NCBI RefSeq assembly: GCF_000392435.1
Contig: NC_021219.1
Coordinates: 570,001 to 602,000 of the forward strand
Direction of reading: 5' to 3'
DNA length: 32,000 nucleotides
From: Candidatus Saccharimonas aalborgensis
GTDB lineage: Bacteria; Patescibacteriota; Saccharimonadia; Saccharimonadales; Saccharimonadaceae
This document shows, one piece after another, positions 15,615 through 25,469 of the stretch (its first letter is position 1; each line of letters begins with the position of its first letter). The notes beneath the pieces are model-generated. The model was not told the DNA's origin and did no database searches. It worked only from the letters and a program-made list of their open reading frames with translations. A program made the position numbers and the translations under genes.

Positions 15615-16850
15615 ATGGGATTGCAGGTACGTCAACAGTCGCGCAAACTGGCAGGGATAGCTCTATCCACACTTGTTGGATTGGTTGTCCTTGCTGTACT
15701 TTGGTTATGGCTAAGTGCTTCATGGCCCCAACGTTCGACACAGCTATCGTCGAGTCATGATATCCCATCACCTCAGGCAGCCACACCGGTCGGCTTTAGT
15801 AATAGGACACTGCACATGGGTGATGTGTTTTGGGGTCGATACATCAATGATTGGTCAATGAAATCACCTCAAAAATATGCCTATCCGTTTTCGCGGCTGA
15901 ACGAATTCCACCGCGAACAGTATGATGCATGGGTAGGCAATCTGGAGTGTCCCTCTGTCGATGGGGTTCACATGACCTCGGCACAGATGGAGGCGACTCT
16001 GACATTCAATTGTGATCCTGCCTACCTTCCCGAAGCCGCAAAATGGTTTACGATGTTTTCGAACGCCAATAATCATAGCGATAATCAAGGGGCACAGGCT
16101 GGTCTTGATGCGACGCGTGCCAATCTCGAAAAAAACCACTTACAATACTTCGGACACTTCAACCCAGAGAAGCTCGAAGATGTCTGTGAAGTTATTGCGA
16201 TGCCGGTAAAAGTTACGATGAGTGACGGTTCGGTTCAGAGTGGCGCCCTACCGATGGCGTACTGTGGGTTTCACGGTGTTTTTCGCATACCATCTCAAGA
16301 GTCCTTGAGCCAAATGGAGCGCTACAGCCAGTATATGCCGGTCATCGCGTATCCTCACTCAGGCCAAGAGTACAAGCCTGGTCCTGACGAAATAAAAACT
16401 ACCCTCTATCGAAGCATGATTGATCATGGCGCTGATGCGGTCATCGGCGATCATCCGCACTGGGTTCAATCCACAGAAGTCTATAAAGGGCATCTCATCG
16501 TCTATTCGATGGGTAATTTCCTGTTTGATCAACAAGATACTAGAGAGGTAACACGCTCTGCGGCCATCGAGATGAATCTCGCGATGACCCCAGGAGCAGA
16601 TGTGAGCCAGTTGCAGCAGTGGCTAGCGATAGGCAAGACATGCAACTCCTTTCACGACGATTGTTTAGCACAAATCAAAGCGAAAGGACTCAAAAAACTT
16701 GCGATTACCTATGATTTTTCGGTTGTCGGGTCCGATGGGAGCGGCAAGATTGTTAAGCCTGCAGATGCGACACTCCAACGGAGTATTCTCCAACGGCTCA
16801 ACTGGTCAGCGACGGTGCGCGATCTTAAGGTCCCGTACAAAGCACATTAG
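15615..16850 (+). CDS. CapA-family (PGA_cap, metallophosphatase-like) membrane-anchored protein
   Basis: It has an N-terminal TM helix. Motifs are LHMGDVFWGRY, VGNLECP, SNANNHSDNQG and DHGADAVIGDHPHWVQSTEVYKGHLIVYSMGNFLFDQ. Confidence 0.8.
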   Translation: MGLQVRQQSRKLAGIALSTLVGLVVLAVLWLWLSASWPQRSTQLSSSHDIPSPQAATPVGFSNRTLHMGDVFWGRYINDWSMKSPQKYAYPFSRLNEFHREQYDAWVGNLECPSVDGVHMTSAQMEATLTFNCDPAYLPEAAKWFTMFSNANNHSDNQGAQAGLDATRANLEKNHLQYFGHFNPEKLEDVCEVIAMPVKVTMSDGSVQSGALPMAYCGFHGVFRIPSQESLSQMERYSQYMPVIAYPHSGQEYKPGPDEIKTTLYRSMIDHGADAVIGDHPHWVQSTEVYKGHLIVYSMGNFLFDQQDTREVTRSAAIEMNLAMTPGADVSQLQQWLAIGKTCNSFHDDCLAQIKAKGLKKLAITYDFSVVGSDGSGKIVKPADATLQRSILQRLNWSATVRDLKVPYKAH

Positions 16851-16908
16851 CCCGCAATAAGAAGACACAAGACTCGATCAGTATGTGATATGCTTCGATA
16901 AGAGACGC

Positions 16909-16917
16909 TGTTATACT
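16909..16917 (+). promoter_or_regulatory. Extended -10 element TGTTATACT, 7 nt upstream of the orn ATG at 16925
   Basis: Read directly; no SD. Confidence 0.4.
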
Positions 16918-16924
16918 TATACTC

Positions 16925-17482
16925 ATGACAAAACCTGCCTTTAAACCGAAACGCATTCTCTGGGTGGATATGGAGATGACTGGACTGGATCCGGTGAATG
17001 ATTATCCGCTCGAAATTGCGGCGATAGTGACTGATTGGGATTTCAAAGAGATTGCCACCTACGAGGGTGCAGCGCACTGGTGTAGTAAGCACGTACAGGC
17101 GCGCTTCGAAAAAAATAAGCAATTTTGGTACGAAGAAGCACCCTTGTCACGCGAGCAGCTGATGGCGCAAAACAAGGCGACCACAAAAACGAAGGCGGCT
17201 GTGGAGAGAGAACTCCTGGCGTTTATTGACGAGCATTGCGGTGATGGACCGGTACTGCTTGCTGGCAATTCGATCCACCAGGACCGGAAGTTTATCGATC
17301 AGTGGTGGCCAAAACTGGGCAAACGACTACATTATCGTATGCTTGATGTCAGCGCTTGGAAAGTTGTGATGGAAGGGAAGTACAGTAAGAAATTTGCCAA
17401 ACCCGAAGCTCATCGGGCTCTTGAGGATATACGCGGAAGTATAGAGGAGCTTACCTACTACCTGACGAAGGTAAAGGGCTGA
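16925..17482 (+). CDS. orn: Oligoribonuclease (DEDDh 3'-5' exoribonuclease)
   Basis: Motifs are ILWVDMEMTGLDP, LAGNSIHQDRKFI, HYRMLDVS and HRALEDIRGSIEEL. Confidence 0.9.
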   Translation: MTKPAFKPKRILWVDMEMTGLDPVNDYPLEIAAIVTDWDFKEIATYEGAAHWCSKHVQARFEKNKQFWYEEAPLSREQLMAQNKATTKTKAAVERELLAFIDEHCGDGPVLLAGNSIHQDRKFIDQWWPKLGKRLHYRMLDVSAWKVVMEGKYSKKFAKPEAHRALEDIRGSIEELTYYLTKVKG

Positions 17483-17823
17483 TGGATCACAAAACGATCG
17501 AGGCATATTTGCTTAGTTTGCCTGGTGCGTGGCTTGATTACCCATTTGGCGAAGGTGTGGCGGTGTATAAGGTAGGTCATAACGATGTGCCTCGTCAGGA
17601 TGAAAAGATGTTTGCACTTATTTCGGAGGGCACGAAACCGCTACGAATAAGTCTGAAATGTGATCCGCAACTGGCAGTCCATTTACGGGAAAAATATGAA
17701 ACGGTCTTGCCGGGCTATCATCTCAATAAGAAGCACTGGAATACGATCATCTGCTCGGGTCAACTCAGCGATGATGAAATACGAGATCTTGCGTACCTCA
17801 GTTATCAGTTGGTAACAAAGTAG
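17482..17823 (+). CDS. MmcQ/YjbR-family protein
   Basis: The motif pattern is LPGAWLDYPFGEGVAVYKV...KMFALI...ISLKCDP...LPGYHLNKKHWNTI...SYQLV. Its ATG overlaps the orn TGA by 1 nt. Confidence 0.75.
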   Translation: MDHKTIEAYLLSLPGAWLDYPFGEGVAVYKVGHNDVPRQDEKMFALISEGTKPLRISLKCDPQLAVHLREKYETVLPGYHLNKKHWNTIICSGQLSDDEIRDLAYLSYQLVTK

Positions 17824-18552
17824 TTATTTGGACGCCGAGAAATCGGAAAATTGTTTGCTGGCAACGTCGATTGAGGGGATAGAGCTCTCGTGAAAGGTTT
17901 TGATGGATTGACTGTTGGGGCTGATCGAGGTAAGTTTTTGGACCATACTTTTGAGGATAGCCAGTTGGTAAGCCATCTCACCGGCATAGGTGCGATCAAG
18001 CGTGCCAGTGAGGTAGGCATCGTTGAATTTGCCCGAAAGTGACGTTTGGTAAGCTTTTTCGGTGGTTGACTGGACAAGCGGTACGCTCTTTATACCCTGG
18101 GCTTTTTTGAGGTCATTGAGGCTACTCATCATACTAGTGAGTGTGGTGGAGAGAGTCGCGTTGACACTGACCAGTTCGTTTTGCTTGAGATGCTTCTGCT
18201 GTTCTGCAGTGACAGATTGTAGAGTTGCGATGCGGGCCTGGATGAGTTTTGTTTGTGACGAGACGTCGGGTCGGCCGCTCCCCGTCATTACTACCATGAG
18301 GAAAACACCGAGAGCGATGACGCCGGCAATCATGCCGAATACGGCGAAGCGGTTGATGGTTTTTTGCGGCATCGGTGGCGCAATTTGATTAAGATAATCG
18401 ACCGAGAATTGATTACCGGCGGCCGACGTCGTATCGGCGACGGCTTGGTATTGCTGCGCTGACGGAGGAGTTGCGGCCGGTCCAGAAAGAGGGGGCAGCC
18501 CACTCGGCTGAGGAGGGGGAAGTTGTTGGGGGCCGGGAGTCTGCGGATTCAT
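17824..18552 (-). CDS. Single-pass membrane protein with a Pro/Gln-rich cytoplasmic N-terminus and a helical extracytoplasmic domain
   Basis: It starts MNPQTPGPQQLPPPQPSGLPP and has a TM helix FAVFGMIAGVIALGVFLMVVM. The ORF-track N-terminal 30 codons lack support. No recognisable domain. Confidence 0.6.
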   Translation of the reverse strand: MNPQTPGPQQLPPPQPSGLPPLSGPAATPPSAQQYQAVADTTSAAGNQFSVDYLNQIAPPMPQKTINRFAVFGMIAGVIALGVFLMVVMTGSGRPDVSSQTKLIQARIATLQSVTAEQQKHLKQNELVSVNATLSTTLTSMMSSLNDLKKAQGIKSVPLVQSTTEKAYQTSLSGKFNDAYLTGTLDRTYAGEMAYQLAILKSMVQKLTSISPNSQSIKTFHESSIPSIDVASKQFSDFSASK

Positions 18553-18590
18553 GTCCCCATTTAAGCACAAACAATTACAGAGGTAAAGGA

Positions 18591-18599
18591 TGCTATAAT
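18591..18599 (+). promoter_or_regulatory. Extended -10 element TGCTATAAT, 6 nt upstream of the dnaG ATG at 18606
   Basis: Read directly; no SD. Confidence 0.45.
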
Positions 18600-18605
18600 G
18601 AGCAT

Positions 18606-20351
18606 ATGGATGCCAAAGAGGAGGTGCGGTCGAGAATCGCAATTGAGGACATCATCGGTGAGTATGTTCATCTCAAGCGGGCCGGGCGTAACTATAAGGG
18701 GCTTAGTCCGTTTAGCAGCGAAAAAACACCGAGTTTTTTTGTGAGCCCCGAAAAAAACATCTGGCATGATTTTAGCAGCAATAAAGGTGGTGATGTCTTT
18801 GCATTCGTCATGGAAGTGGAGGGCATGGATTTCCGTCAGGCGCTTGAGCACTTGGCGCGTAAAGCGGGTGTTGATTTGTCACTCTACGATTCATCAACAA
18901 GCCGTCAACTGAGCGAGCGCAAAAAGCGTCTCACCGAGGCAAACCGTCTGGCGGCCCAGTATTATCAGCATAGTTTGCTCCGTAACTCACACGCACTCAC
19001 CTATGTCACCGACGCGCGACAGCTTAGTCGTCAGACCGTCCAGGATTTTCAAATCGGCTACGCTCCCGATAGTGGCACGGCTCTCACGAGCTATCTGACA
19101 AAAAAGGGATTTACAAAAAAAGAGCTCAGTGACGCAGGACTTACAAATCGCTACGGCGGTGATCTTTTCCGCGGCCGAATGATGGTGCCATTGATGGATA
19201 GTACCGGGCAAGTAGTTGGGTTTACTGGTAGGATCATTATTCCCGATGACACTGCTCCCAAATATTTAAATACACCGCAAACACTGCTCTACGACAAGAG
19301 CCGACATGTCTTTGGGCTCAGTCAGGCAAAAGAAGCGATACGCACCAAGGGACACGTGGTTGTAGTGGAAGGTAACCTCGATGTCGTCAGTAGCCATCAG
19401 GCGGGCGTAAGACAGGTGGTGGCGACGGCTGGAACGGCGATGACCGAACATCATCTGAGGGCTCTCAAGCGACTAACACCCGACGTACGTGTAGCCTACG
19501 ATAGCGATAAAGCGGGAATTGCCGCAACCGAGCGGGCGATCGCGCTTGCGGCGAATCTCGAAATAGATCTCACGGTGATTAGCCTACCGGGGGGAGACAA
19601 AGACCCCGATGAGTTAGTGCGACGTGATGCTGGTGCCTGGCGACGGGTGATCGAGGAGCAGCAACCAGCTGTCGAGTGGGTGATTGATCAGTACAAAGCA
19701 CGTGTAGATATCGGCACAGCAGCGGGTAAGCGCTCGTTTACCACGGCGGCACTCGCAGTGGTGCGAACCTTAACTGATGCAGTGGAACGACAGCATTACG
19801 AGCAACTCATTGCTGAAGTTACCCATTCTTCCGTGGAGGCGATACATGAAAAACTGCAATCTGTCAGCGAGACTCCGTCAGCGCGTCGGGCTATTAAGGC
19901 TGAGATCAAGGAGTTGGTCTACGATGTGCATGCGTATGAGGATGACCTGCTGGCAGTTGCGTGCATCGACGCGCCAAGTCAGGAACTTTTTGCGCATTTT
20001 GATATCCGATTACTCCACACCGATGAGCGACAGCAAGTAGCGAACTTTTTTGCTCGGCACTACGGCAAAAGTCTGACTGATACGCCGAAAGAGTTGCAAA
20101 ACATCGACACGTATGTCAAAATACTTCTATTACGGGCCGACGCGCGTTATGCTGAGTGGGATACCAATGACCGCTACTTTGAAACAGCACGCTTGATCCG
20201 CCAAATTGAACAAGAACACAAGAAACAAACCCATGAACAACTCACCGCACAGCTTCGTAGTGCCGAAGATACTGGCGATGAGGTAATGGCAAACAAGTTG
20301 CGAGTAGCACTCAATGACTTGATAAAGGAGATAGCGCGTGGCAAACGATGA
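18606..20351 (+). CDS. dnaG: DNA primase with a degenerate (Cys-less) zinc-ribbon domain
   Basis: The N-terminus is [57 protein letters not shown]. It has the TOPRIM region ([20 protein letters not shown]). rpoD lies directly downstream. Confidence 0.9.
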   Translation: MDAKEEVRSRIAIEDIIGEYVHLKRAGRNYKGLSPFSSEKTPSFFVSPEKNIWHDFSSNKGGDVFAFVMEVEGMDFRQALEHLARKAGVDLSLYDSSTSRQLSERKKRLTEANRLAAQYYQHSLLRNSHALTYVTDARQLSRQTVQDFQIGYAPDSGTALTSYLTKKGFTKKELSDAGLTNRYGGDLFRGRMMVPLMDSTGQVVGFTGRIIIPDDTAPKYLNTPQTLLYDKSRHVFGLSQAKEAIRTKGHVVVVEGNLDVVSSHQAGVRQVVATAGTAMTEHHLRALKRLTPDVRVAYDSDKAGIAATERAIALAANLEIDLTVISLPGGDKDPDELVRRDAGAWRRVIEEQQPAVEWVIDQYKARVDIGTAAGKRSFTTAALAVVRTLTDAVERQHYEQLIAEVTHSSVEAIHEKLQSVSETPSARRAIKAEIKELVYDVHAYEDDLLAVACIDAPSQELFAHFDIRLLHTDERQQVANFFARHYGKSLTDTPKELQNIDTYVKILLLRADARYAEWDTNDRYFETARLIRQIEQEHKKQTHEQLTAQLRSAEDTGDEVMANKLRVALNDLIKEIARGKR

Positions 20352-21321
20352 TGACCAAGTAATAGACCAGCCCGAGGAAGAGCTAGTACAGCCGGATTTC
20401 GAAGAACCGGCTCTTGATGAACTACTCGATGAAGAAGAGGACACACCCGAGGACGTCCTAAATTCCGGTCAGTATTTTGACGATATATCTGACGACTCAG
20501 TACGACTCCACCTACGTGAAATTGGAAAAATTCCGCTCCTCAATGCCCAAGAAGAGCTGGAACTTGCGCAGCGTGTTGTCGCAGGTGACAAGAAGGCAAA
20601 AGATAAGATGGCTGAGGCAAATATGCGTCTCGTTGTCTCTATTGCGAAGCGCTATAGTGGGCGAGGTCTTGATTTCCTCGACCTTATCCAAGAAGGCCAT
20701 ACCGGGTTACTGCGCGCTGTTGAAAAATTTGATCCTGATAAGGGTTTTAAGTTTAGTACCTACGCGACGTGGTGGATCCGGCAAGCGATTACTCGTGCTA
20801 TTGCTGATCAGGCGCGGACGATTCGTATCCCTGTGCACATGGTAGAGACAATCAACAAGCTCCTCCGTACGCAGCGGCGGATGACTCAGGAATTAAACCG
20901 TGAGCCAACCATTGACGAGCTTGCCAAAGAGCTTGAGATGGAGCCAGAAAAAGTTGAGTATGTCATCAAAATCAAACAAGACATCTCGAGCCTTGATGCC
21001 GGTGTTGGCCGCGATGGTGAAGACGAAGATTCGGTGCTTGGTGATTTCATTGAGGACGAAGACAGTACGACTCCCGAAGAATCAGCCTCGAACCAATTAC
21101 TTAAAGAGCAGGTTCAAGGTGTTCTCTCGACACTTAGTGAACGTGAACAAAAGATTATCAAGATGCGATTTGGCCTCGAGAATGGCAAAAGTCATACACT
21201 TGAGGAAGTAGGCCAGGAGTTCGCCGTCACGCGCGAGCGAATCCGACAAATTGAAGCGAAGGCCCTAGCGAAACTCCGTAAGCACAAGGATGCAAAGAAG
21301 CTCTACGAGTATCTCCAGTAG
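20338..21321 (+). CDS. rpoD: Primary RNA polymerase sigma factor (sigma70 family)
   Basis: GTG 20338 lies 7 nt after AAGGAG and overlaps the dnaG 3' end by 14 nt. Regions 2-4 are [54 protein letters not shown] and [20 protein letters not shown]. Confidence 0.9.
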   Translation: MANDDDQVIDQPEEELVQPDFEEPALDELLDEEEDTPEDVLNSGQYFDDISDDSVRLHLREIGKIPLLNAQEELELAQRVVAGDKKAKDKMAEANMRLVVSIAKRYSGRGLDFLDLIQEGHTGLLRAVEKFDPDKGFKFSTYATWWIRQAITRAIADQARTIRIPVHMVETINKLLRTQRRMTQELNREPTIDELAKELEMEPEKVEYVIKIKQDISSLDAGVGRDGEDEDSVLGDFIEDEDSTTPEESASNQLLKEQVQGVLSTLSEREQKIIKMRFGLENGKSHTLEEVGQEFAVTRERIRQIEAKALAKLRKHKDAKKLYEYLQ

Positions 21322-21327
21322 AGGCTG

Positions 21328-21897
21328 TTAGAACTCGACCGCCTGCATGATAGCATCGAGTTCGTCGTGTAATTTGTCGAGGTCACCGTCGTTGTGAATG
21401 AAGTAATCGGCAATGGCGATTGGTCCACCTTTTTCGAGGTTCTCGATTTCGGCCCAATCTCGCTCAGTTGCCTCCTCGCCGGTAAGTGGTCGAATAGGAC
21501 GTGTCGTTAAGCGGTGGTGTCGAGTATGTTTTGGGGCAACAATAGCCACCACAACAAGTTCACCGGGGAACTCATGCTTCATTGCTTTGTACTCTGTCCA
21601 GCTGTAAATGCCATCAGCAACAATGTGATGCTGGCCCGCGTCCATGAGGTCGTGAATTTGCTTAATGATACGCTTTACAACGAAGTCTTTTCCTTCGCGC
21701 TCACGAATTCCTTCGCGGAATTGTTTCTCGTTCGCCTCTGTCCATTCGATGCCGGCGTCTTTCATGGCTCCAAGCACCACGCCACCAAAATAGACCTTCG
21801 GGTAGCCTTTTTCGCAGACATATTCGACTGCTTCTGATTTGCCGCTGCCAGTAAGGCCGACAAACGCCAGTATCTTTCCTTGTTCTCGTTCACTCAT
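21328..21897 (-). CDS. P-loop nucleotide/nucleoside kinase (dephospho-CoA-kinase / UPF0200-like)
   Basis: The Walker A motif is FVGLTGSGKSE, in a roughly 190-aa single-domain protein. The exact substrate cannot be assigned from sequence. Confidence 0.65.
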   Translation of the reverse strand: MSEREQGKILAFVGLTGSGKSEAVEYVCEKGYPKVYFGGVVLGAMKDAGIEWTEANEKQFREGIREREGKDFVVKRIIKQIHDLMDAGQHHIVADGIYSWTEYKAMKHEFPGELVVVAIVAPKHTRHHRLTTRPIRPLTGEEATERDWAEIENLEKGGPIAIADYFIHNDGDLDKLHDELDAIMQAVEF

Positions 21898-21903
21898 ATC
21901 ACT

Positions 21904-21909
21904 AGTGTA
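21904..21909 (-). promoter_or_regulatory. -10-like hexamer TACACT (minus strand), 6 nt upstream of the kinase ATG at 21897
   Basis: The reverse complement of AGTGTA was read directly. It sits back-to-back with the polA -10. Confidence 0.3.
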
Positions 21910-21912
21910 GCG

Positions 21913-21918
21913 TATAAT
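21913..21918 (+). promoter_or_regulatory. -10 hexamer TATAAT, 6 nt upstream of the polA ATG at 21925
   Basis: Read directly; no SD. Confidence 0.4.
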
Positions 21919-21924
21919 GAGTCT

Positions 21925-24459
21925 ATGACGAAGCGGCTGGTGATTATCGATGGCAAGAGTGTGTTTTATCGTGGCTACTATGCGATGCCAAACCTCTCGA
22001 CTGCCGACGGCACGCCGACGGGTGGTGTGTATGGTTTTGCGGCGCTGGCGCTCGAGCTATTTAAGAAGCTCAAACCCGACTATGTATGCGTCGCTTGGGA
22101 TAAGCCTAAGACCAATATCCGCAAACGGCTTGAGATTTACCCTGAGTACAAGGCGGGGCGCAAGCCAGCACCGGCGGATTTTTATGCGCAGATTCCGATC
22201 TTGCATGAGCTATTGCAAGCCTTTGGTTGGCCGCTGTATGAGCTCGACGACTATGAAGCAGACGATATCATGGCGACGCTGGCAAAAAAAGCCAGCGACA
22301 AAGGCATAGAGACCTGTCTCATCACCAGTGATCTGGATGCCCTGCAGGCAATCAATCCGCTGGTTCATGTCTATGCGCTCAAAAAAGGTCTGACCAATAT
22401 TGATCTCTTCAAGCCCGAAAGTTTCACCGAGAAATATGGCATCCGTGTCGATCAGTTCCTCGACCTCAAGGCGCTCAAGGGCGATAGCAGTGATAATATT
22501 CCTGGCGCGCCCGGCATCGGCGAAAAAACGGCCATCCAACTCCTCCAGCAGTTCGATACAATCGATAATCTCTACGAAAACCTCTGGCAAGTCAAAGATA
22601 GTCTGCGGCGCAAGCTCGAAGATGGTCGTGAGCTAGTCGAAATGAGCAAAAAAGTTGCCGAGCTGTGGTTTGATGCGCCTGTCGAGCTTAACCTGGACGA
22701 TATGAATGCTCATGACCTCGACACCGCGGCATTAAAAGAATTACTCACGCATCTTGAGTTTCGTAGTTTGCTACGCAACCTGCCTGAACACATGCGTGAT
22801 ACACCCGCAGCAAAAGCGGGGATGACCGAGCTAGCACAAGTTGAATCTGCAGAGGAACTTTCCCCAAGCCATGCACGTGCCGTACTGATGATGGCGCGCG
22901 AGCTCATTGTATGGCCCGATGGGGATGAAGTGTGGTTGAGCCACGAGCGAGGTAGGGCCGCTCGCTTGCCTCGGCTCGAAGCTGCAGAGATACTCGAGCA
23001 GGTGGCGATGGTGGGGCACGATAGCAAGCTATTTCTCAAACAGTTACTGGGCGATGGTGTGACAGTATTGCCGGAGATTCACCACGATACTGCGCAGGGA
23101 TCGTTCTTGCTCAACCCGCTCCGCAAGAGTCGCGAGCTGGCCGATCTTGTGGGCATGGAAGCAATCGACGACCCAAAGTTGGCTATTAGTGCGATTTGGG
23201 CACTCTACGATGAGCAGGGTCAGGCACTTGATGCACTACCCGAATTGGCACATGTGGCGCGGACGATGGATTTTCCGCTGATACCCGTACTTGCACGCAT
23301 GGAGCACCGAGGGATACGACTTGACACAGCAAAACTCGCTGAAATGAACACAACTCTTACGACTGATATCACGGTAATCGAAGCAAAAATGTATGAGATA
23401 GCAGGAGGTGAGTTCAATATCGCTAGTCCAGCGCAACTCGCAGAAGTGCTGTATACAAAATTGGGCCTGTCAACTTTTGGTATAAAGAAAGGCAAGACAG
23501 GGTATAGTACGGGTCAGAAAGAACTCGATAAGCTACGAGGCCAACATCCAATCATTGAGTTAATTGAGCAGTTCCGTGAGCTCACTAAGTTGCAAAATAC
23601 CTACGTGCAGACGTTGCCACAGCAGGTAGATGAATGCGGTCGTATTCATACAACGTTTAATCAAGACGTAGCCGCAACGGGCCGACTGTCGAGCACTGAC
23701 CCGAATCTGCAAAACATCCCAATCCGCACCGAGCGGGGCCGCCAGATCAGAGACGCATTTGTGCCCGAGAAGGGAAATGTATTTGTGAGCGCCGACTATT
23801 CGCAGTTTGAACTACGGCTTGCGGCAGTGTTGTCGGGCGACGAAAAGATGATCAATGATTTCAATGCCGGCACCGACATTCATGCTAAGACGGCGAGCGA
23901 AGTATATCATGTCCCACTCGACAACGTTACAAAAGACCAGCGTCGTGCAGCGAAAGTAGTCAACTTTGGCGTGCTCTATGGTATGAGTCAGCACGGTCTG
24001 GCTGCGGCTGCGGGTATGACATACGTCGATGCCCAAAAGTTTATCGACGAGTATTTCCGGGTGCGGCCAAACATCCGTAAATACATTGACGACACGATCA
24101 AAAAAGCGCACGATGATGGATTTGTGGAGACGCTGTTTGGGCGGCGGCGCTGGACACCTGATGTCAAGTCGAGTAATTTTGTTGTTCGTTCTGCCGCTGA
24201 GCGAGCTGCAGCAAATATGCCGATACAGGGTACCGAGGCTGATCTTATGAAGATGGCAATGCTTGAGGTTGACAAAAGGCTTCAGGGTCAAGGCGAGCAA
24301 CTCTTGCAGATTCACGACAGTATCCTCATAGAGTGTCCCAAAGAAAACGCCGAACGAATCTCAGAAATGCTCGTCGAGACCATGGAACATATCTATCCCA
24401 AACTCGGCGTGCGGCTGCAAGTCGACGTACATACTGGTAATAATTGGGGAGAGGTGTAG
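21925..24459 (+). CDS. polA: DNA polymerase I
   Basis: It starts MTKRLVIIDG (5' nuclease domain). The polymerase motifs are DYSQFELRLAA (A), RRAAKVVNFGVLYG (B) and QIHDSILIE (C). The ORF-track start 21880 is 15 codons upstream. Confidence 0.92.
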   Translation: MTKRLVIIDGKSVFYRGYYAMPNLSTADGTPTGGVYGFAALALELFKKLKPDYVCVAWDKPKTNIRKRLEIYPEYKAGRKPAPADFYAQIPILHELLQAFGWPLYELDDYEADDIMATLAKKASDKGIETCLITSDLDALQAINPLVHVYALKKGLTNIDLFKPESFTEKYGIRVDQFLDLKALKGDSSDNIPGAPGIGEKTAIQLLQQFDTIDNLYENLWQVKDSLRRKLEDGRELVEMSKKVAELWFDAPVELNLDDMNAHDLDTAALKELLTHLEFRSLLRNLPEHMRDTPAAKAGMTELAQVESAEELSPSHARAVLMMARELIVWPDGDEVWLSHERGRAARLPRLEAAEILEQVAMVGHDSKLFLKQLLGDGVTVLPEIHHDTAQGSFLLNPLRKSRELADLVGMEAIDDPKLAISAIWALYDEQGQALDALPELAHVARTMDFPLIPVLARMEHRGIRLDTAKLAEMNTTLTTDITVIEAKMYEIAGGEFNIASPAQLAEVLYTKLGLSTFGIKKGKTGYSTGQKELDKLRGQHPIIELIEQFRELTKLQNTYVQTLPQQVDECGRIHTTFNQDVAATGRLSSTDPNLQNIPIRTERGRQIRDAFVPEKGNVFVSADYSQFELRLAAVLSGDEKMINDFNAGTDIHAKTASEVYHVPLDNVTKDQRRAAKVVNFGVLYGMSQHGLAAAAGMTYVDAQKFIDEYFRVRPNIRKYIDDTIKKAHDDGFVETLFGRRRWTPDVKSSNFVVRSAAERAAANMPIQGTEADLMKMAMLEVDKRLQGQGEQLLQIHDSILIECPKENAERISEMLVETMEHIYPKLGVRLQVDVHTGNNWGEV

Positions 24460-25119
24460 ATGAGAGACCGTGAACCAATCGAAAAAATTAGTGTTCCAAG
24501 ACTAGATCTCATTGATCCCGTCGAGCATGCCGGATTTCTCAACTCTAGATCAGCAGAAGTGGCTGAGGAGGAAGTTAGTTCAAAGGAAATCCAATGGATT
24601 ATCGACGAAATGCTTCGGATGGCCGCAGGAAAGGGAAAAGACGGCGAAGATACGCGCCAAATGGTGGGACTTGCTGCACCACAAGTGGGTCAGAGTAAAC
24701 GAATTATCACTATCGACGTAACTGCGACAGGAGCGAACCAAGAGCAACATCTTTTGCCCATTATTAATCCCCGTATATCTATGCATGGTGAAAAGCAGGT
24801 TGATGGTCGTGAAGGCTGTTGGTCATGCGCAAATTATTGTGCAAATGTACCGCGGTTTGATCACATCGAGCTAGAAGGCTGGGACCGTAATGGTGCGCCG
24901 ATTCAACTTACTCTCGATGGGTTTGTGGCACGTATCGCACAACACGAAGTAGATCATCTCGACGGGATTCGTTGTATTGATCGTGTTCCGGAGGACCAAC
25001 CATGGAGGCTACACCGCGTACTGCCGAGCGAGTTCGAACGCTATAGGAAAGAGTGGCCACACTGGCAGGCCACATTCCCACGCGAAGAGTGGGATGTGTT
25101 TCGAGGGGGCAAACGCTAA
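24460..25119 (+). CDS. def: Peptide deformylase
   Basis: The three deformylase motifs are GLAAPQVG, EGCWSC and QHEVDHLDG. The ATG directly follows the polA TAG, with GGGAGAGGTG upstream. Confidence 0.85.
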   Translation: MRDREPIEKISVPRLDLIDPVEHAGFLNSRSAEVAEEEVSSKEIQWIIDEMLRMAAGKGKDGEDTRQMVGLAAPQVGQSKRIITIDVTATGANQEQHLLPIINPRISMHGEKQVDGREGCWSCANYCANVPRFDHIELEGWDRNGAPIQLTLDGFVARIAQHEVDHLDGIRCIDRVPEDQPWRLHRVLPSEFERYRKEWPHWQATFPREEWDVFRGGKR

Positions 25120-25448
25120 TTTGTCCAAGTGCGGGTGCTGTTGATCGCCTCTTTGTCGCGAAAGGCCTGCTCGATATCGACGCCGAGACGGTTTGCGATA
25201 CTGAGGAGGAGTGAGAAGACATCTGAAACTTCATGGGCGGCGTTATCATCATGCTGTTTGTTTGCATCCATTCGCATGATGTCATCGTCCTTGCGGATAC
25301 ATTTTGCTAATTCGCCAACTTCTTCGACGAGTAACATAAACGAATGGAGGATGGTCTCGTCGCTAAATCCTCTTTCATGCTCCATCTGCTCAACATAGCG
25401 CTGAAAGTCGGCAAGTGTAGGATGCTCGGGGAGTGTAAGTGTGTTCAT
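25116..25448 (-). CDS. MazG-like nucleotide pyrophosphohydrolase (single all-alpha NTP-PPase domain)
   Basis: [15 protein letters not shown] ... [38 protein letters not shown] is the EExxE...ExxD MazG pattern. The rest of ORF 25116..25916 is antisense to dut and was discarded. Confidence 0.75.
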   Translation of the reverse strand: MNTLTLPEHPTLADFQRYVEQMEHERGFSDETILHSFMLLVEEVGELAKCIRKDDDIMRMDANKQHDDNAAHEVSDVFSLLLSIANRLGVDIEQAFRDKEAINSTRTWTN

Positions 25449-25454
25449 GGCTCT

Positions 25455-25460
25455 AGTATA
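25455..25460 (-). promoter_or_regulatory. -10 hexamer TATACT (minus strand), 6 nt upstream of the MazG-like ATG at 25448
   Basis: The reverse complement of AGTATA. It overlaps the dut -10 by 4 bp. Confidence 0.35.
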
Positions 25461-25462
25461 AT
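25457..25462 (+). promoter_or_regulatory. -10 hexamer TATAAT, 7 nt upstream of the dut ATG at 25470
   Basis: Read directly; no SD. Confidence 0.4.
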
Positions 25463-25469
25463 GGATAAA

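Noticed and set aside
22825-23245. PolA 3'-5' exonuclease region appears degenerate (the ExoII position reads GHDSKLF instead of the N..YD type)
   Set aside because: I cannot align the three Exo motifs confidently by eye. Proofreading-deficient PolA enzymes are in any case common and well known, so this is not noteworthy.
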